From the NCBI GenBank assembly GCA_051453625.1, contig JBOZIK010000001.1, forward strand, positions 36,449,334 through 36,513,333: 64,000 nucleotides of DNA, given 5' to 3'. The DNA comes from Welwitschia mirabilis (taxonomy: Eukaryota). This document shows, piece by piece, positions 1 through 11,859 of this stretch. The first letter of the stretch is position 1. Each line of letters begins with the position of its first letter. The notes below the pieces were generated by a model that did not search any database, was not told the DNA's origin, and saw only the letters and a list, made by a program, of their open reading frames with translations. The position numbers and the translations under genes were made by a program.

Positions 1-3000
1 AATAATCCATTTATACGCTAATAAAATACCTTAATGCTCTAAAGAAGGAATCCCCAAGCCACCTAAGGCTTTGGAATAATAACATGTACTCCAGGCTACT
101 CTATGAAAAAGTTTGCCACTTGAGGTATTTCTTCATAAAAAACCATGAATAATCTTATTGATAGAATCATAAGCCGAAGAAGAAGGAGCCATAAAGGAGG
201 CATAATAAATAGGAACAACACTGAGAATATGCTTATAAATGATAAGTCTCCCAACTAGTGATAAGGGCTTACTAGACCATTTGAGAATTTTTTCTTTAAC
301 TTTGTCAATCACCATCTAGCACATATTAAAGGGAGAATCTATAAGGACGATGGAAATTCCCAGATGTTTAAAACGGTCAATAGGGGATAACCAACGAATA
401 TTAAAATGGNNNNNNNNNNNNNNNNNNNNNNNNNNNNNNNNNNNNNNNNNNNNNNNNNNNNNNNNNNNNNNNNNNNNNNNNNNNNNNNNNNNNNNNNNNN
501 NNNNNNNNNNNNNNNNNNNNNNNNNNNNNNNNNNNNNNNNNNNNNNNNNNNNNNNNNNNNNNNNNNNNNNNNNNNNNNNNNNNNNNNNNNNNNNNNNNNN
601 NNNNNNNNNNNNNNNNNNNNNNNNNNNNNNNNNNNNNNNNNNNNNNNNNNNNNNNNNNNNNNNNNNNNNNNNNNNNNNNNNNNNNNNNNNNNNNNNNNNN
701 NNNNNNNNNNNNNNNNNNNNNNNNNNNNNNNNNNNNNNNNNNNNNNNNNNNNNNNNNNNNNNNNNNNNNNNNNNNNNNNNNNNNNNNNNNNNNNNNNNNN
801 NNNNNNNNNNNNNNNNNNNNNNNNNNNNNNNNNNNNNNNNNNNNNNNNNNNNNNNNNNNNNNNNNNNNNNNNNNNNNNNNNNNNNNNNNNNNNNNNNNNN
901 NNNNNNNNNNNNNNNNNNNNNNNNNNNNNNNNNNNNNNNNNNNNNNNNNNNNNNNNNNNNNNNNNNNNNNNNNNNNNNNNNNNNATTATAAAGAAATTTC
1001 TTGAGTCTATTGGTCACAACCTTAGCGATAATTTTATAAATCACATTCAAAAGAGTGATAGGTCTTTAATTATTGATATTATGAGAATCTCTTGATTTAG
1101 AAAGAAGTTTAACTACTCCTGAATTAAGATAAGTTTTGAGGGACTTATTGCTTAAAGCTTCCTTGCACACTTTATAAGCATCAGAACCAATAATGTGCCA
1201 AAATTTGAAGAAGAATTCACTTGGAAGGCCATTTAAACCTGGAGCTTTACCATCTTTGAGCTGATGAAAGGCATAGAGGAATTCAGCTTATGAAAGACAT
1301 TGATCTTCTCCAAAAATGTTCTGATTGAATGGCTGAAGATTATTAAGACAAATATCAATAGCTAAATCATCAAATGAGTTAGCAAAGAAAACCTGGGAAT
1401 AGTGATTATAAAAAACTTAAAGAATCTGATCTCTGGAAGTGTGGAGAGTTGTTCCATTATCAATAGCTTCTATATGAGGAGAAGAGTGATTGCCTTTTAA
1501 GAATTTGAAAAGAATAAGAAGAGGCTTGATCTTCCATTCTTAGCCAAGACAAACGGGCACGAAGAAGGGCTCCCTAGGCCTTGTAGTACTCAACTTTCTT
1601 AGCTTATCTTTGCAAATTTTAAAGAATCAAAATCCTGTTTAGTGCCGCGTCCAGAGTTTACTTTAAGCTAAAAAATTCTACATCAGTCATGAGTCTTTTT
1701 TGATGAAAGGCTATATTAGCTGCCAGAAGTTTTCCTGTATGTTTGGTAAAACATTGAGTATGTAAAATACTATTATTCCACTAATTGATCCATCCATTAT
1801 GACCCATAGGATGAGGAACATGATTCCAAATATGCATGAGAAGAGCACATTTTATGATTTTGAAGAAAAGTTGTGTTAAAATAATAAGATCTTTTTTGAG
1901 ATGCTGCATATTGGGAGAATTGATAGACCATAAAATGGGGAAGTAGTCAGATAAAACCTAAGTAAAATCAGCTGAGAAAGGGAGCTTCATGTGATGAGAG
2001 ACACTAATATAAGGATTTGAAGACAAATACACCCGATCAATCATTAAAATAATAAAACTTGATCCTGATCTAGCATTGGACCAAGTAAACCATCCTTTGC
2101 TGGAGGTAGATTTGGTAGTATCATTAGCATCATGCAATTGAAATTTGCTCTTCAAAGATAACCAACTATCAAGATCCATAATGTCCAGACCACCTTTATT
2201 GCCACCTCTTTAATCATGGATGTTCTCGATCATATTGAAATCTCCTGCAATGATCCAAGAAGCTTTTGGGAGAGAATCATGGAGCCAACTCCAAAGAGCA
2301 CTTCTATCTGAAATGTTACAGGAAGCATAAATATTAGCCAAACCAACAATAGAGTTATTCCAATTTAAGCGAATTCAGACACAATTTCCTGCAGGATCTT
2401 GATCATGATCAATAATAAGATTATTAAACTTCTGATGAAGGAGAATAACTGCTCCTCCTTTGCCTTTAGAGTGGCTGGAAGTGAAAAAGGAACTTTTGGG
2501 AAAGATACAATTACACACTACTTGAAGCTGAAAACCTTGAATTTTAACTTNNNNNNNNNNNNNNNNNNNNNNNNNNNNNNNNNNNNNNNNNNNNNNNNNN
2601 NNNNNNNNNNNNNCGGGGTCCAAGAGTCCTCGAACATTCCAAGAGATGAGATTCATGAGGAAAGGTTAATAGAGGACCCTAATCCTTTTCCAATCACCTG
2701 CTATAAATTTGTAGACTCAAAACTATTGGCTACTGATCTGCTAGGTCTTCTGAATTGATTTGTGACAGCGTTACCAAATTTAAACATATGATTTGTAATC
2801 CTTGAAGGGTTGAATAAGGGATTGGACCTAATAACATGATTATATGATTTTCTATTAACTGTTTGTCANNNNNNNNNNNNNNNNNNNNNNNNNNNNNNNN
2901 NNNNNNNNNNNNNNNNNNNNNNNNNNNNNNNNNNNNNNNNNNNNNNNNNNNNNNNNNNNNNNNNNNNNNNNNNNNNNNNNNNNNNNNNNNNNNNNNNNNN

Positions 3001-4250
3001 NNNNNNNNNNNNNNNNNNNNNNNNNNNNNNNNNNNNNNNNNNNNNNNNNNNNNNNNNNNNNNNNNNNNNNNNNNNNNNNNNNNNNNNNNNNNNNNNNNNN
3101 NNNNNNNNNNNNNNNNNNNNNNNNNNNNNNNNNNNNNNNNNNNNNNNNNNNNNNNNNNNNNNNNNNNNNNNNNNNNNNNNNNNNNNNNNNNNNNNNNNNN
3201 NNNNNNNNNNNNNNNNNNNNNNNNNNNNNNNNNNNNNNNNNNNNNNNNNNNNNNNNNNNNNNNNNNNNNNNNNNNNNNNNNNNNNNNNNNNNNNNNNNNN
3301 NNNNNNNNNNNNNNNNNNNNNNNNNNNNNNNNNNNNNNNNNNNNNNNNNNNNNNNNNNNNNNNNNNNNNNNNNNNNNNNNNNNNNNNNNNNNNNNNNNNN
3401 NNNNNNNNNNNNNNNNNNNNNNNNNNNNNNNNNNNNATCCAAACAGGGATAGTGCTTTGAGCTGCTTTTTCTGGATTAAACCCTTTATACCAAGGCTGTA
3501 AAATAAGATAAGTTCCTGCAAAATTCCAGACTAGTTATTGCTTTACCCAATTCACCATTTCTTTAGATTTAAAGCCAAAGAGAAAGAAACCTTTAGTCAT
3601 ATTTGAAACGATGGAAACTCTAATATTTCGATTAATCCAATTTTTCTGAATCCAATCATTAAGAGTAGAGAAAGAGGGAATCCTGCCAGTGAAAAAGCCA
3701 ATAGCATAGAGTTATTTGAATGTGCGCACAATTTTATCAAAAAGATCTTGTGAAAATTCTAAATCTACCATTACACAATCTTCTTTTGCAATCGTTTCAT
3801 TATCTGGGTCTAACGATGCGGAATGACAAGGGATCTCAACCATATCTATTTTTCATTTTTTAGAAAAAGCATTTAATGTAGATGGATCTGATATATAAGG
3901 GGACATTCAAGAGAAAATGGAGATGAACATGAGAAATGGAATAACTTTCCTAGGAGAATGGTGATGCCATTGCATGCAGGGGATTTATGGAAAAGTTTCA
4001 TGCATGCACTGAATAATCTAGAGATACCTGACAAAGGTTTTGCTGAAAACCAAACCTCTCAGTATATGCAAGAATCCATTTAAATTTTATGCATGCAAGA
4101 GTCCAATGACCCCTGCCACATGCAAATGAAAGTGACTTTCGTAGCGGAATGCCAAATGTTTTCTTTTGTTTTTGTGCCCTTTGAAAAATTAGTTTTATGC
4201 TTGCAGTGAGGTAGCTTTCTTACCTTAGGTTTTTTAGTGATTTTTAGTCT
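1..4250 (-). mobile_element. Degenerate L1-clade LINE (ORF1 DUF4283-like; ORF2 endonuclease + RT), runs off the window start
   Basis: Minus-strand MNLISWNVRG (from 2656), WIIAGDFN, WFTWSN...IDRVY endonuclease motifs; KAPGLNG, NVIYKIIAKVVTNRLK RT motifs; KVKEKILKWSSKPLSLVGRL. ORF1 remnant YAIGFFTGRIP...LILQPWYKGFNP...IPVW at about 3440-3720. Many stops and frameshifts. The 5' end is approximate. Confidence 0.9.
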
Positions 4251-5273
4251 TCAAGCAATTTAATTGAAAAGTTGGGATTTTTTTTTTTAAAATCAACATT
4301 CAATTATACATTTCAGTTTGTATTGGAGTGCCTCTTATTGTAACTTTTTCAAAGATTTCTTGCTATTTTATTAAGAACAAAGCTTCTCATATACNNNNNN
4401 NNNNNNNNNNNNNNNNNNNNNNNNNNNNNNNNNNNNNNNNNNNNNNNNNNNNNNNNNNNNNNNNNNNNNNNNNNNNNNNNNNNNNNNNNNNNNNNNNNNN
4501 NNNNNNNNNNNNNNNNNNNNNNNNNNNNNNNNNNNNNNNNNNNNNNNNNNNNNNNNNNNNNNNNNNNNNNNNNNNNNNNNNNNNNNNNNNNNNNNNNNNN
4601 NNNNNNNNNNNNNNNNNNNNNNNNNNNNNNNNNNNNNNNNNNNNNNNNNNNNNNNNNNNNNNNNNNNNNNNNNNNNNNNNNNNNNNNNNNNNNNNNNNNN
4701 NNNNNNNNNNNNNNNNNNNNNNNNNNNNNNNNNNNNNNNNNNNNNNNNNNNNNNNNNNNNNNNNNNNNNNNNNNNNNNNNNNNNNNNNNNNNNNNNNNNN
4801 NNNNNNNNNNNNNNNNNNNNNNNNNNNNNNNNNNNNNNNNNNNNNNNNNNNNNNNNNNNNNNNNNNNNNNNNNNNNNNNNNNNNNNNNNNNNNNNNNNNN
4901 NNNNNNNNNNNNNNNNNNNNNNNNNNNNNNNNNNNNNNNNNNNNNNNNNNNNNNNNNNNNNNNNNNNNNNNNNNNNNNNNNNNNNNNNNNNNNNNNNNNN
5001 NNNNNNNNNNNNNNNNNNNNNNNNNNNNNNNNNNNNNNNNNNNNNNNNNNNNNNNNNNNNNNNNNNNNNNNNNNNNNNNNNNNNNNNNNNNNNNNNNNNN
5101 NNNNNNNNNNNNNNNNNNNNNNNNNNNNNNNNNNNNNNNNNNNNNNNNNNNNNNNNNNNNNNNNNNNNNNNNNNNNNNNNNNNNNNNNNNNNNNNNNNNN
5201 NNNNNNNNNNNNNNNNNNNNNNNNNNNNNNNNNNNNNNNNNNNNNNNNNNNNNNNNNNNNNNNNNNNNNNNNN

Positions 5274-5621
5274 TAAACACAATTAGCTTTAGGTATTTTC
5301 ATTGAATATTTTTTGTGCAAAATATTATTATAATATTGTTCTGCCACTTTAAATCTCTTTAGTGTCATCGCATAATAATTATTTATCCTTGTCCTAATGG
5401 AAAGTGAAAACAAAAGCTACCCTTGATCATTTATAATTGTCACCTTTTATTTTCGAAGCAGAATTCAATTGATTAAAATCATAAGCTCATATTGCCAATA
5501 GAAAATCGCTATTGATTTAACGTTGCATAGAAATTATCATAATATCGTTAGGCATAATTTAAACAACACTAAGTAAAATACAAAAATCATAATTTAATCG
5601 TTGTGAAAAATTTTAGCAACA
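5274..5621 (+). mobile_element. 3' end of a probable solo LTR (start hidden in or before the gap)
   Basis: Ends AAAAATCATAATTTAATCGTTGTGAAAAATTTTAGCAACA, similar to the end of the TSD-bounded solo LTR at 36682-38083. Confidence 0.45.
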
Positions 5622-7467
5622 ATAATATAATAAAGCATTCATAGGACAAAAGAGGAATTAATAGATAGTATGGTAATGCATATAACTAATCTTTTCTAAA
5701 CTGGCTTTTAATAAAACTAAAAACATAAAAAGACCCACAAAAGCTGATGGTATAGATTGAGAAAACTAGAAGATAGCAAGTTTTCTTTTGTTTCTCTGAA
5801 TTTTCTCACTATCTAGATTATATGGTGTGGAAGTGTCCAAAGTTATAAGAAAGTTATAAGAAATTGCAGAAGCATCGTTGGTTGTGAAATAGCCAAGAAG
5901 TATTTCAAAAATTGCAACCATTAGCATTGTAAATCCATTGGTAAATAAAAACATCGTCTAATCTTCAAGGGAAATAATAATGCCATTTACAAATGCTTGT
6001 AGTGTAGGGTCAACAAGCCGATGGTTGCATTGTAAACCAACCCTTGTGTGAGTATGACTGAACACTAATCGCCCAGCTGATACTCACATGGCCGTCGAAT
6101 TGGCTAGGCTCATAAGACTCGGCTTAACTTGCAATTGGGTGACACACTGATCGCACACCAGAATTCCGTCGTATATGTTAGTGAGTTCGAGGAAGGACCC
6201 TTTCCACTGGGACACTGCTTCAGCAATTCCATTCCAAGAACATCCACTCTGTGTTAACGCATTCATTATAACCTCTCTTAGTTCCCTCACTCTTTCCTAT
6301 GCCTTTCCTCAAACTAGACCTTGTCAAAGAGCAAGAAAAAGGGAGCAAAGAAGAGAAAGAGAGCAAAGAATGAGGTAGATGATGAAAAGAGAGAATTGGT
6401 GTTTAAAGAGAATGGATAGGAATATGCACAGGTCTTGCGTATGCTTAGGAATGGGCATTGCGAAGCCCTTTGCATCAAAGGAATGGAGGTCTTGTGCCAT
6501 ATCTGCATGCATAAGAAGGTTTAGATTCCTGTGGGTAACATCATCTTTGTTGGTCTTATGGACCCCTTCGAGAATTGTTAAAGCCCTTGGACAAGTTTTA
6601 GTTTTATTTTTTTAAAAAATAAAATAATAACAGTATTTCAAAAAAGAGATAAAAATAATATATTAAAAATTAAAAAGAAGAGGAAACATAGAAAATTAAT
6701 ACAGTTGTATCTCAAAATGTTTTAATTGCTTATTGCTTTTAAGTGTCAACTTGTATTCCAAAATATAATGCACTTGTTCTTATGCAATCACATATAGAAT
6801 GGCATGTCCCTTGAAAATAAAAAAGCCAAATAGATCTCTAAAGGATCACAAAGTCATATGTGAATTATTGATGGTTATGTTATGAATTTTTAAGGGAATT
6901 AAATTATATAAGGGATGTAACGGTTAATGCATAATGGGTTATTTAGAAACACTCTAATCACATGTACACAAGAATTATAATGTAATAGAAAGCTTTCTTT
7001 TATATATAATTTAAAAAGAGGGGAACATCGAAAACTAATTTTGAACATTATATATATAGGTACGGTTTTATTCAAATTTTGAAATATTTTTATTATTTAT
7101 AAACATAGTTTCGATTATGTCCAATATTTTGAAAACCATCTTTGTTAACTAAAATGTACATGATAGGGTGTAAGGTCAATTATTCTAGATTATCGGAACT
7201 CAACGGCCCTACATTTGTTTTAATGACCATTCTTATCATTACTAAGATTATAGGGAATACTATTACTTGAATTTTAAACCACTTATGATGAATTAGAAAA
7301 TCATTTTAGATTTGATATGTTATTCAACTATTATGGACTTGAAATTTTAAAAATTTTGAAATTTATGAAAGAAATTATTGTAAATATAATAAGTATCCAA
7401 CTAATGATGCAGATCTAATTTTAATCATGTAAAATAAAACCAAATGAAATTACAAGTAAGAGATTTG

Positions 7468-9615
7468 ATGATTTGATTATTTTCTAGGGACTGACAAAAG
7501 CTTGGGTTTGGGTGAAATCATAATGAAGCAAAACTTTACACTATGAATAGTATATTGTATGCATAGTTATATGTTAGAAATATTGAATTAATATTTAGTT
7601 TACATAAATAATAGCAATTGTCTTTCATATTTAGGCATTACTTTAGAATTATAATTTAGAATTACATATTGATTATAGTGCATAACTTAGTAACTAATGA
7701 AAATAGTATTATAGTTTTGTAGGTTTATGTGCACTTAGAGGATGATGACAAGTGTCACAACAATTAGCAATGGAGAATTAACATGGAAAGAAGGAAGAAA
7801 AATGGCCCATTACATACCAATGGCACATGGCAAGTGGAGGAAAAATCTATTATGGCAAGTGGAGGCAAAATTTATTCTAACTCTCTTAGATTCTTGCATA
7901 ATGTGTGACAATGTACTTCCTTAATATAGGGGGAGTTGTTATTCATTCTTGTACAAGTGTCCTCCATTTATTTACCTAAATACTAATATAAATGCAACTA
8001 GAGATATCATTATGGGATCTTTTGATACACTTTGCATAACATCCAGGAATGATAGCAAGATGTGGGGTCAACCTTAGAGTACTCTTCTTCATTTTAATTA
8101 TGATCTGGAAAGGAAACACTATTTGTAATCAATTTATTTACCCTAGTATAGGCATTATATTTCTGAAAAGAATATGCTTTTATTATGATTTTATTTTGCC
8201 ATTTATCATATATTACAGAACTGAAAAGTATCTTTTAAAATGCTGTTTTACTTGGTTTGCACACTAAAAAGTATTGTGAACTAATATATTACTTGAAAAA
8301 GTAATAATTTATCTTCTCTTATTCCTATATATATTGCTAGATAGGTATTATAATGTAACAGTGTTTAGAAATAGGTGCTATTTAGCATTATTTTACTATT
8401 GTTGTTATATTACCAACTCCCCTAATTTTGTGTTTTATGCAAAAACTTAGCTAGATAAATTAATAAAGCACATTATTGTTCTAAACCTGATCTTGACAAG
8501 TTTTGTAGAAGCATTACTTCCTATAAGAACATCATTTTTAGTGACCTGAACAATAAATTTAAATAAAGTTAATACTTCAAAGTTAACTAGATCCTTGAAA
8601 GACTTCTTAAACAAAATANNNNNNNNNNNNNNNNNNNNNNNNNNNNNNNNNNNNNNNNNNNNNNNNNNNNNNNNNNNNNNNNNNNNNNNNNNNNNNNNNN
8701 NNNNNNNNNNNNNNNNNNTTACTTGGTTTGCACACTAAAAAGTATTGTGAACTAATATATTACTTGAAAAAGTAATAATTTATCTTCTCTTACTCCTCTA
8801 TCTAACGCTGGGTAGGTATTAGAATTTTAAAATGCTTGGAAATAGGTGTTGTCTAGTATTATTTTACTATTATTCTTACATGTAACCTCCTAATCTTATA
8901 TTTTATGTGCATAACTAGTTAGATAAATTGATAAAGTACTTTGTTATTCTAAGAACTAGTATTAACAGGTCTTGTAGAAGCATTAATATCTATAAGAAAG
9001 TCATTTTTAATAACTTAAATAATAAAGATAAATAAAAACCTCATTCTTCAAAGTAAACCAGGTCCTTCAAAGCCTTCCCTTAAACAAATGTATTTATGAT
9101 AGCTCTATGAGATTAAGGTTATAACAACATACATTATTCTACACTTTTATCTAGATTTTTACTACATAAATCCACATAAATAGTCTTAATCCCAGGCCTC
9201 CTCAAAGGGTTACTTCCCTCATATCTAAGATTATTCTCAGATTTTCTTGGTTTTTATTGCATTTCTTGATTCTTTTGGACAACTGAACATGAAAAATGGT
9301 TTTAATCCAAATTTTGTGTGATCACTTGGATTTGGATTTATTTGGGTTCAAACTTAACCCAAATTCATTTATTTTGGATTTAACATTTAAACTTGGATTT
9401 TTAATCCAAATATGTTTAAGCTAAATTTTTGGTTATAAATACAGCTTAAATTCCAATTTTTGGATATTTATGGAAATTTGGATTTATGGTTGGAAATTTG
9501 GATTTCTAGTTGGAATTTGGATTCCAAGATGGTAATTTGGATTAAAGGGTAGAGACTTAGATTTAATATTTTTAATTTACATTTCCATATTTAGAAGTCA
9601 AAATTTTCAGTAATA
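7468..9615 (-). repeat. 3' LTR of the Tat/Ogre element (apparently truncated at its left end)
   Basis: Direct repeat of 35725-38802. Abuts the reverse-complement PPT ATTTGCCCTCTTTT. Contains a degenerate TTTGGAT repeat array at about 9300-9600. Confidence 0.65.
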
Positions 9616-10149
9616 ATTTGCCCTCTTTTATAATGGAAAGTTAGGGTTTACATCATAAAATAAGTTTCCTTTTTATTAGAAGAGTTTAATGATAGTTTGA
9701 AAGAGAGATAAATTAAGTATCAACTGGGATGCCTTTGACATCTTCTTCCTGATTTCTTATTAGAATTGTAAGGCTATTGTTCTGATATTGTAAACTTTCT
9801 AATCTTTGTGATGTAGCATATCCCATGACTGATCTGATGGCCTATCCCTAAGAACTTTGGAAAAATCTGAAAGGATAAAATGGGTGATGCGAGAAACTGG
9901 TTCAACGAACATTTTTGGCTCTAGATTTTTTTGTCTACTTAATGCTTAAGTTCCACATTAAGTTGATTCTTCTTGGTTGTTTTGGTGTAAGACTTCTTTG
10001 ACCCAATCTAACATTTTCATTAGCTTAGTTTATGACTCCATTCTTGCAATGATAAAGTATCATGATCTTTTATATATAATATTTAAAGAAAATTTTATTT
10101 CAATGGAAAAGGACTAGAAATAAAGTAGGTGTTAAACAAAAAATGGAAC

Positions 10150-10797
10150 TTAAAATGTAACCCCTTTTTAATAATAATACTTCTTAAGGTAATGAGCATT
10201 TAGTGGGTTTCTTTCCTTGTTTCCATAAAGACTTTTTAATTTATATGTGCCTTTGTCATAATTCTTAGAAACAGTAAATGGTCACAACCAATTTGAACTA
10301 AATTTGGAGTTTTTTCTTATTAGGTTCATTTCAAGAATTAGATCATTAATTTCAAATTGTTTGGATTTCATGGTATGGTTATAAGCTTGAGAGATTTATT
10401 TTTAATAATAACTATTATCATCTAGTGACTTGAGTCTTCTTTCTTCTAAGAGTTGAAGCTCTTCAAGCCACTTGGATTTTTTTTGTATTTGTGATTTATA
10501 GGCCTTTAGCCATTACTTTTAGTATTGGAACTTGGATTTTAAGTAGCAGAACAACTTTAGCTTCATATATGATTAGAAATGGTTTTGATTTAATAGTAGT
10601 TTTATATCCTATTCTATAGGCCCATAATGCATATGTTAATTTCTCATGCCAATTTCTTGGATTGGTTTCAATCAACTTTTTGAGTATCTTTATGATCATT
10701 TTGTTTGTTGATTCTACTTGTCCATTAACTTGGAGATATCTTGAAGAGGAAAATGAATGTTTTATTCCAAATGTTTGTCATAAACCATATAGCTCAC
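10150..10797 (-). pseudogene. Gypsy integrase, C-terminal half
   Basis: FGIKHSFSSSRYLQVNGQVESTNK-IIKILKKLIETNPRNWHEKLTYALWAYR...KFSSNW...NAHYLKKYY. Confidence 0.9.
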
Positions 10798-11399
10798 TGT
10801 AGAGGGTATTTTAAATATTATTTGTTATATCTTGTTTATCCACTTTATCTTACCTCTTTCATTTTCATGTTTTTCCCTTGAAATCATTTTGATCTAAGAT
10901 TTATTACCTTTACAAAGTACCTAAGCCTTTTCATAATTTATTTTTTATTTAAAAAATGTTATTTCAAACATTTGCTTTATTCATTTACTATACCCTTTTG
11001 CCTTTTTGCAAGTAGGCATAAAAAAAAAAAGTAAAAAAAAAGAAGAAAGAGGGGAGGGGGGATCCCAAATTGTAAGAGGGCCCAATAACATTAATACATT
11101 CAAAATTTTCAATGCACTTTATAATTGAAACAATTTGGCTCAAGAAGATGCCCTTGACTCATGATGCCTAGTCATGCCAACAAATAGATCACATAGGCTG
11201 CAACCAGTCCTCCACCTCTTGAGTGTGAATTGAACTCATAAAAAGTGGTTAATAGAGAGGAAACATATCGCTAAAGTAAGTTGTTGATTTTTGATTCATT
11301 TCTGTGAAGCATGCAAGAGAAGCATCACCCAAGTTCAAGGTGAATTGTAAGAAAATTATGTAGGATCACAAAATTGTGCAGTGGCATTGTTCTACGAAT

Positions 11400-11740
11400 G
11401 GACTTTTAGAAGCACAGTAAATAACCTCAATCTTAGAAGCAATAATTGCATTGTAATGAAGCAAAGGCTTTTTAGAAGAGACCATTGCATCAAAATGAAG
11501 TAAGTAATCATTACATCGGAATAAAGTGAATGCGTTTCAGAAGTAAGACGTTTTAGAAGCAAGGACTAAGGTGTTTTAGAAGTGAGGTGTTTCAAAAATG
11601 AGGAATTTTAGAAGTAAGGACAAAGGTATTCAGAAGTAAGGCATTTCAAGATGAAGGCATTTCCTGAGCAAGGCGAGGCATTTCTAAGTAAGGCATTTCA
11701 GAGTGAAGTGTTGGAAAAGAAGCAAGGCGTTTTTGAGCAG
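11400..11740. repeat. Degenerate minisatellite (TTT(C/T)AGAAGT(G/A)AGG(C)A-like units); paralog at about 40670-41000
   Basis: Repeated TTTTAGAAG/TTTCAGAAG and AAGGCATTTC units seen directly. Confidence 0.7.
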
Positions 11741-11859
11741 ACGAGTACTTCTTTTTTATACGTGATGTCTTTGAGTAGTGTAAAAAACAGAAAGTCATCT
11801 CAAGATTTGACAGAGATCCATGCATGTAGGAGAGCCAAAAGCCTTTAATCAGGAAGAGC

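Noticed and set aside
6084..6290. 68-aa minus-strand ORF as an exon
   Set aside because: No recognisable homology or partner exons.
6000..6300. Telomerase RNA, TAS3, SRP or MRP RNA
   Set aside because: No telomeric template, miR390 sites/tasiARF, or conserved boxes found.
6441..6466. Resemblance to miR482/2118 star (GGAATGGGC..GAAGC)
   Set aside because: Arm order is opposite to canonical precursors on both strands and the match is partial.
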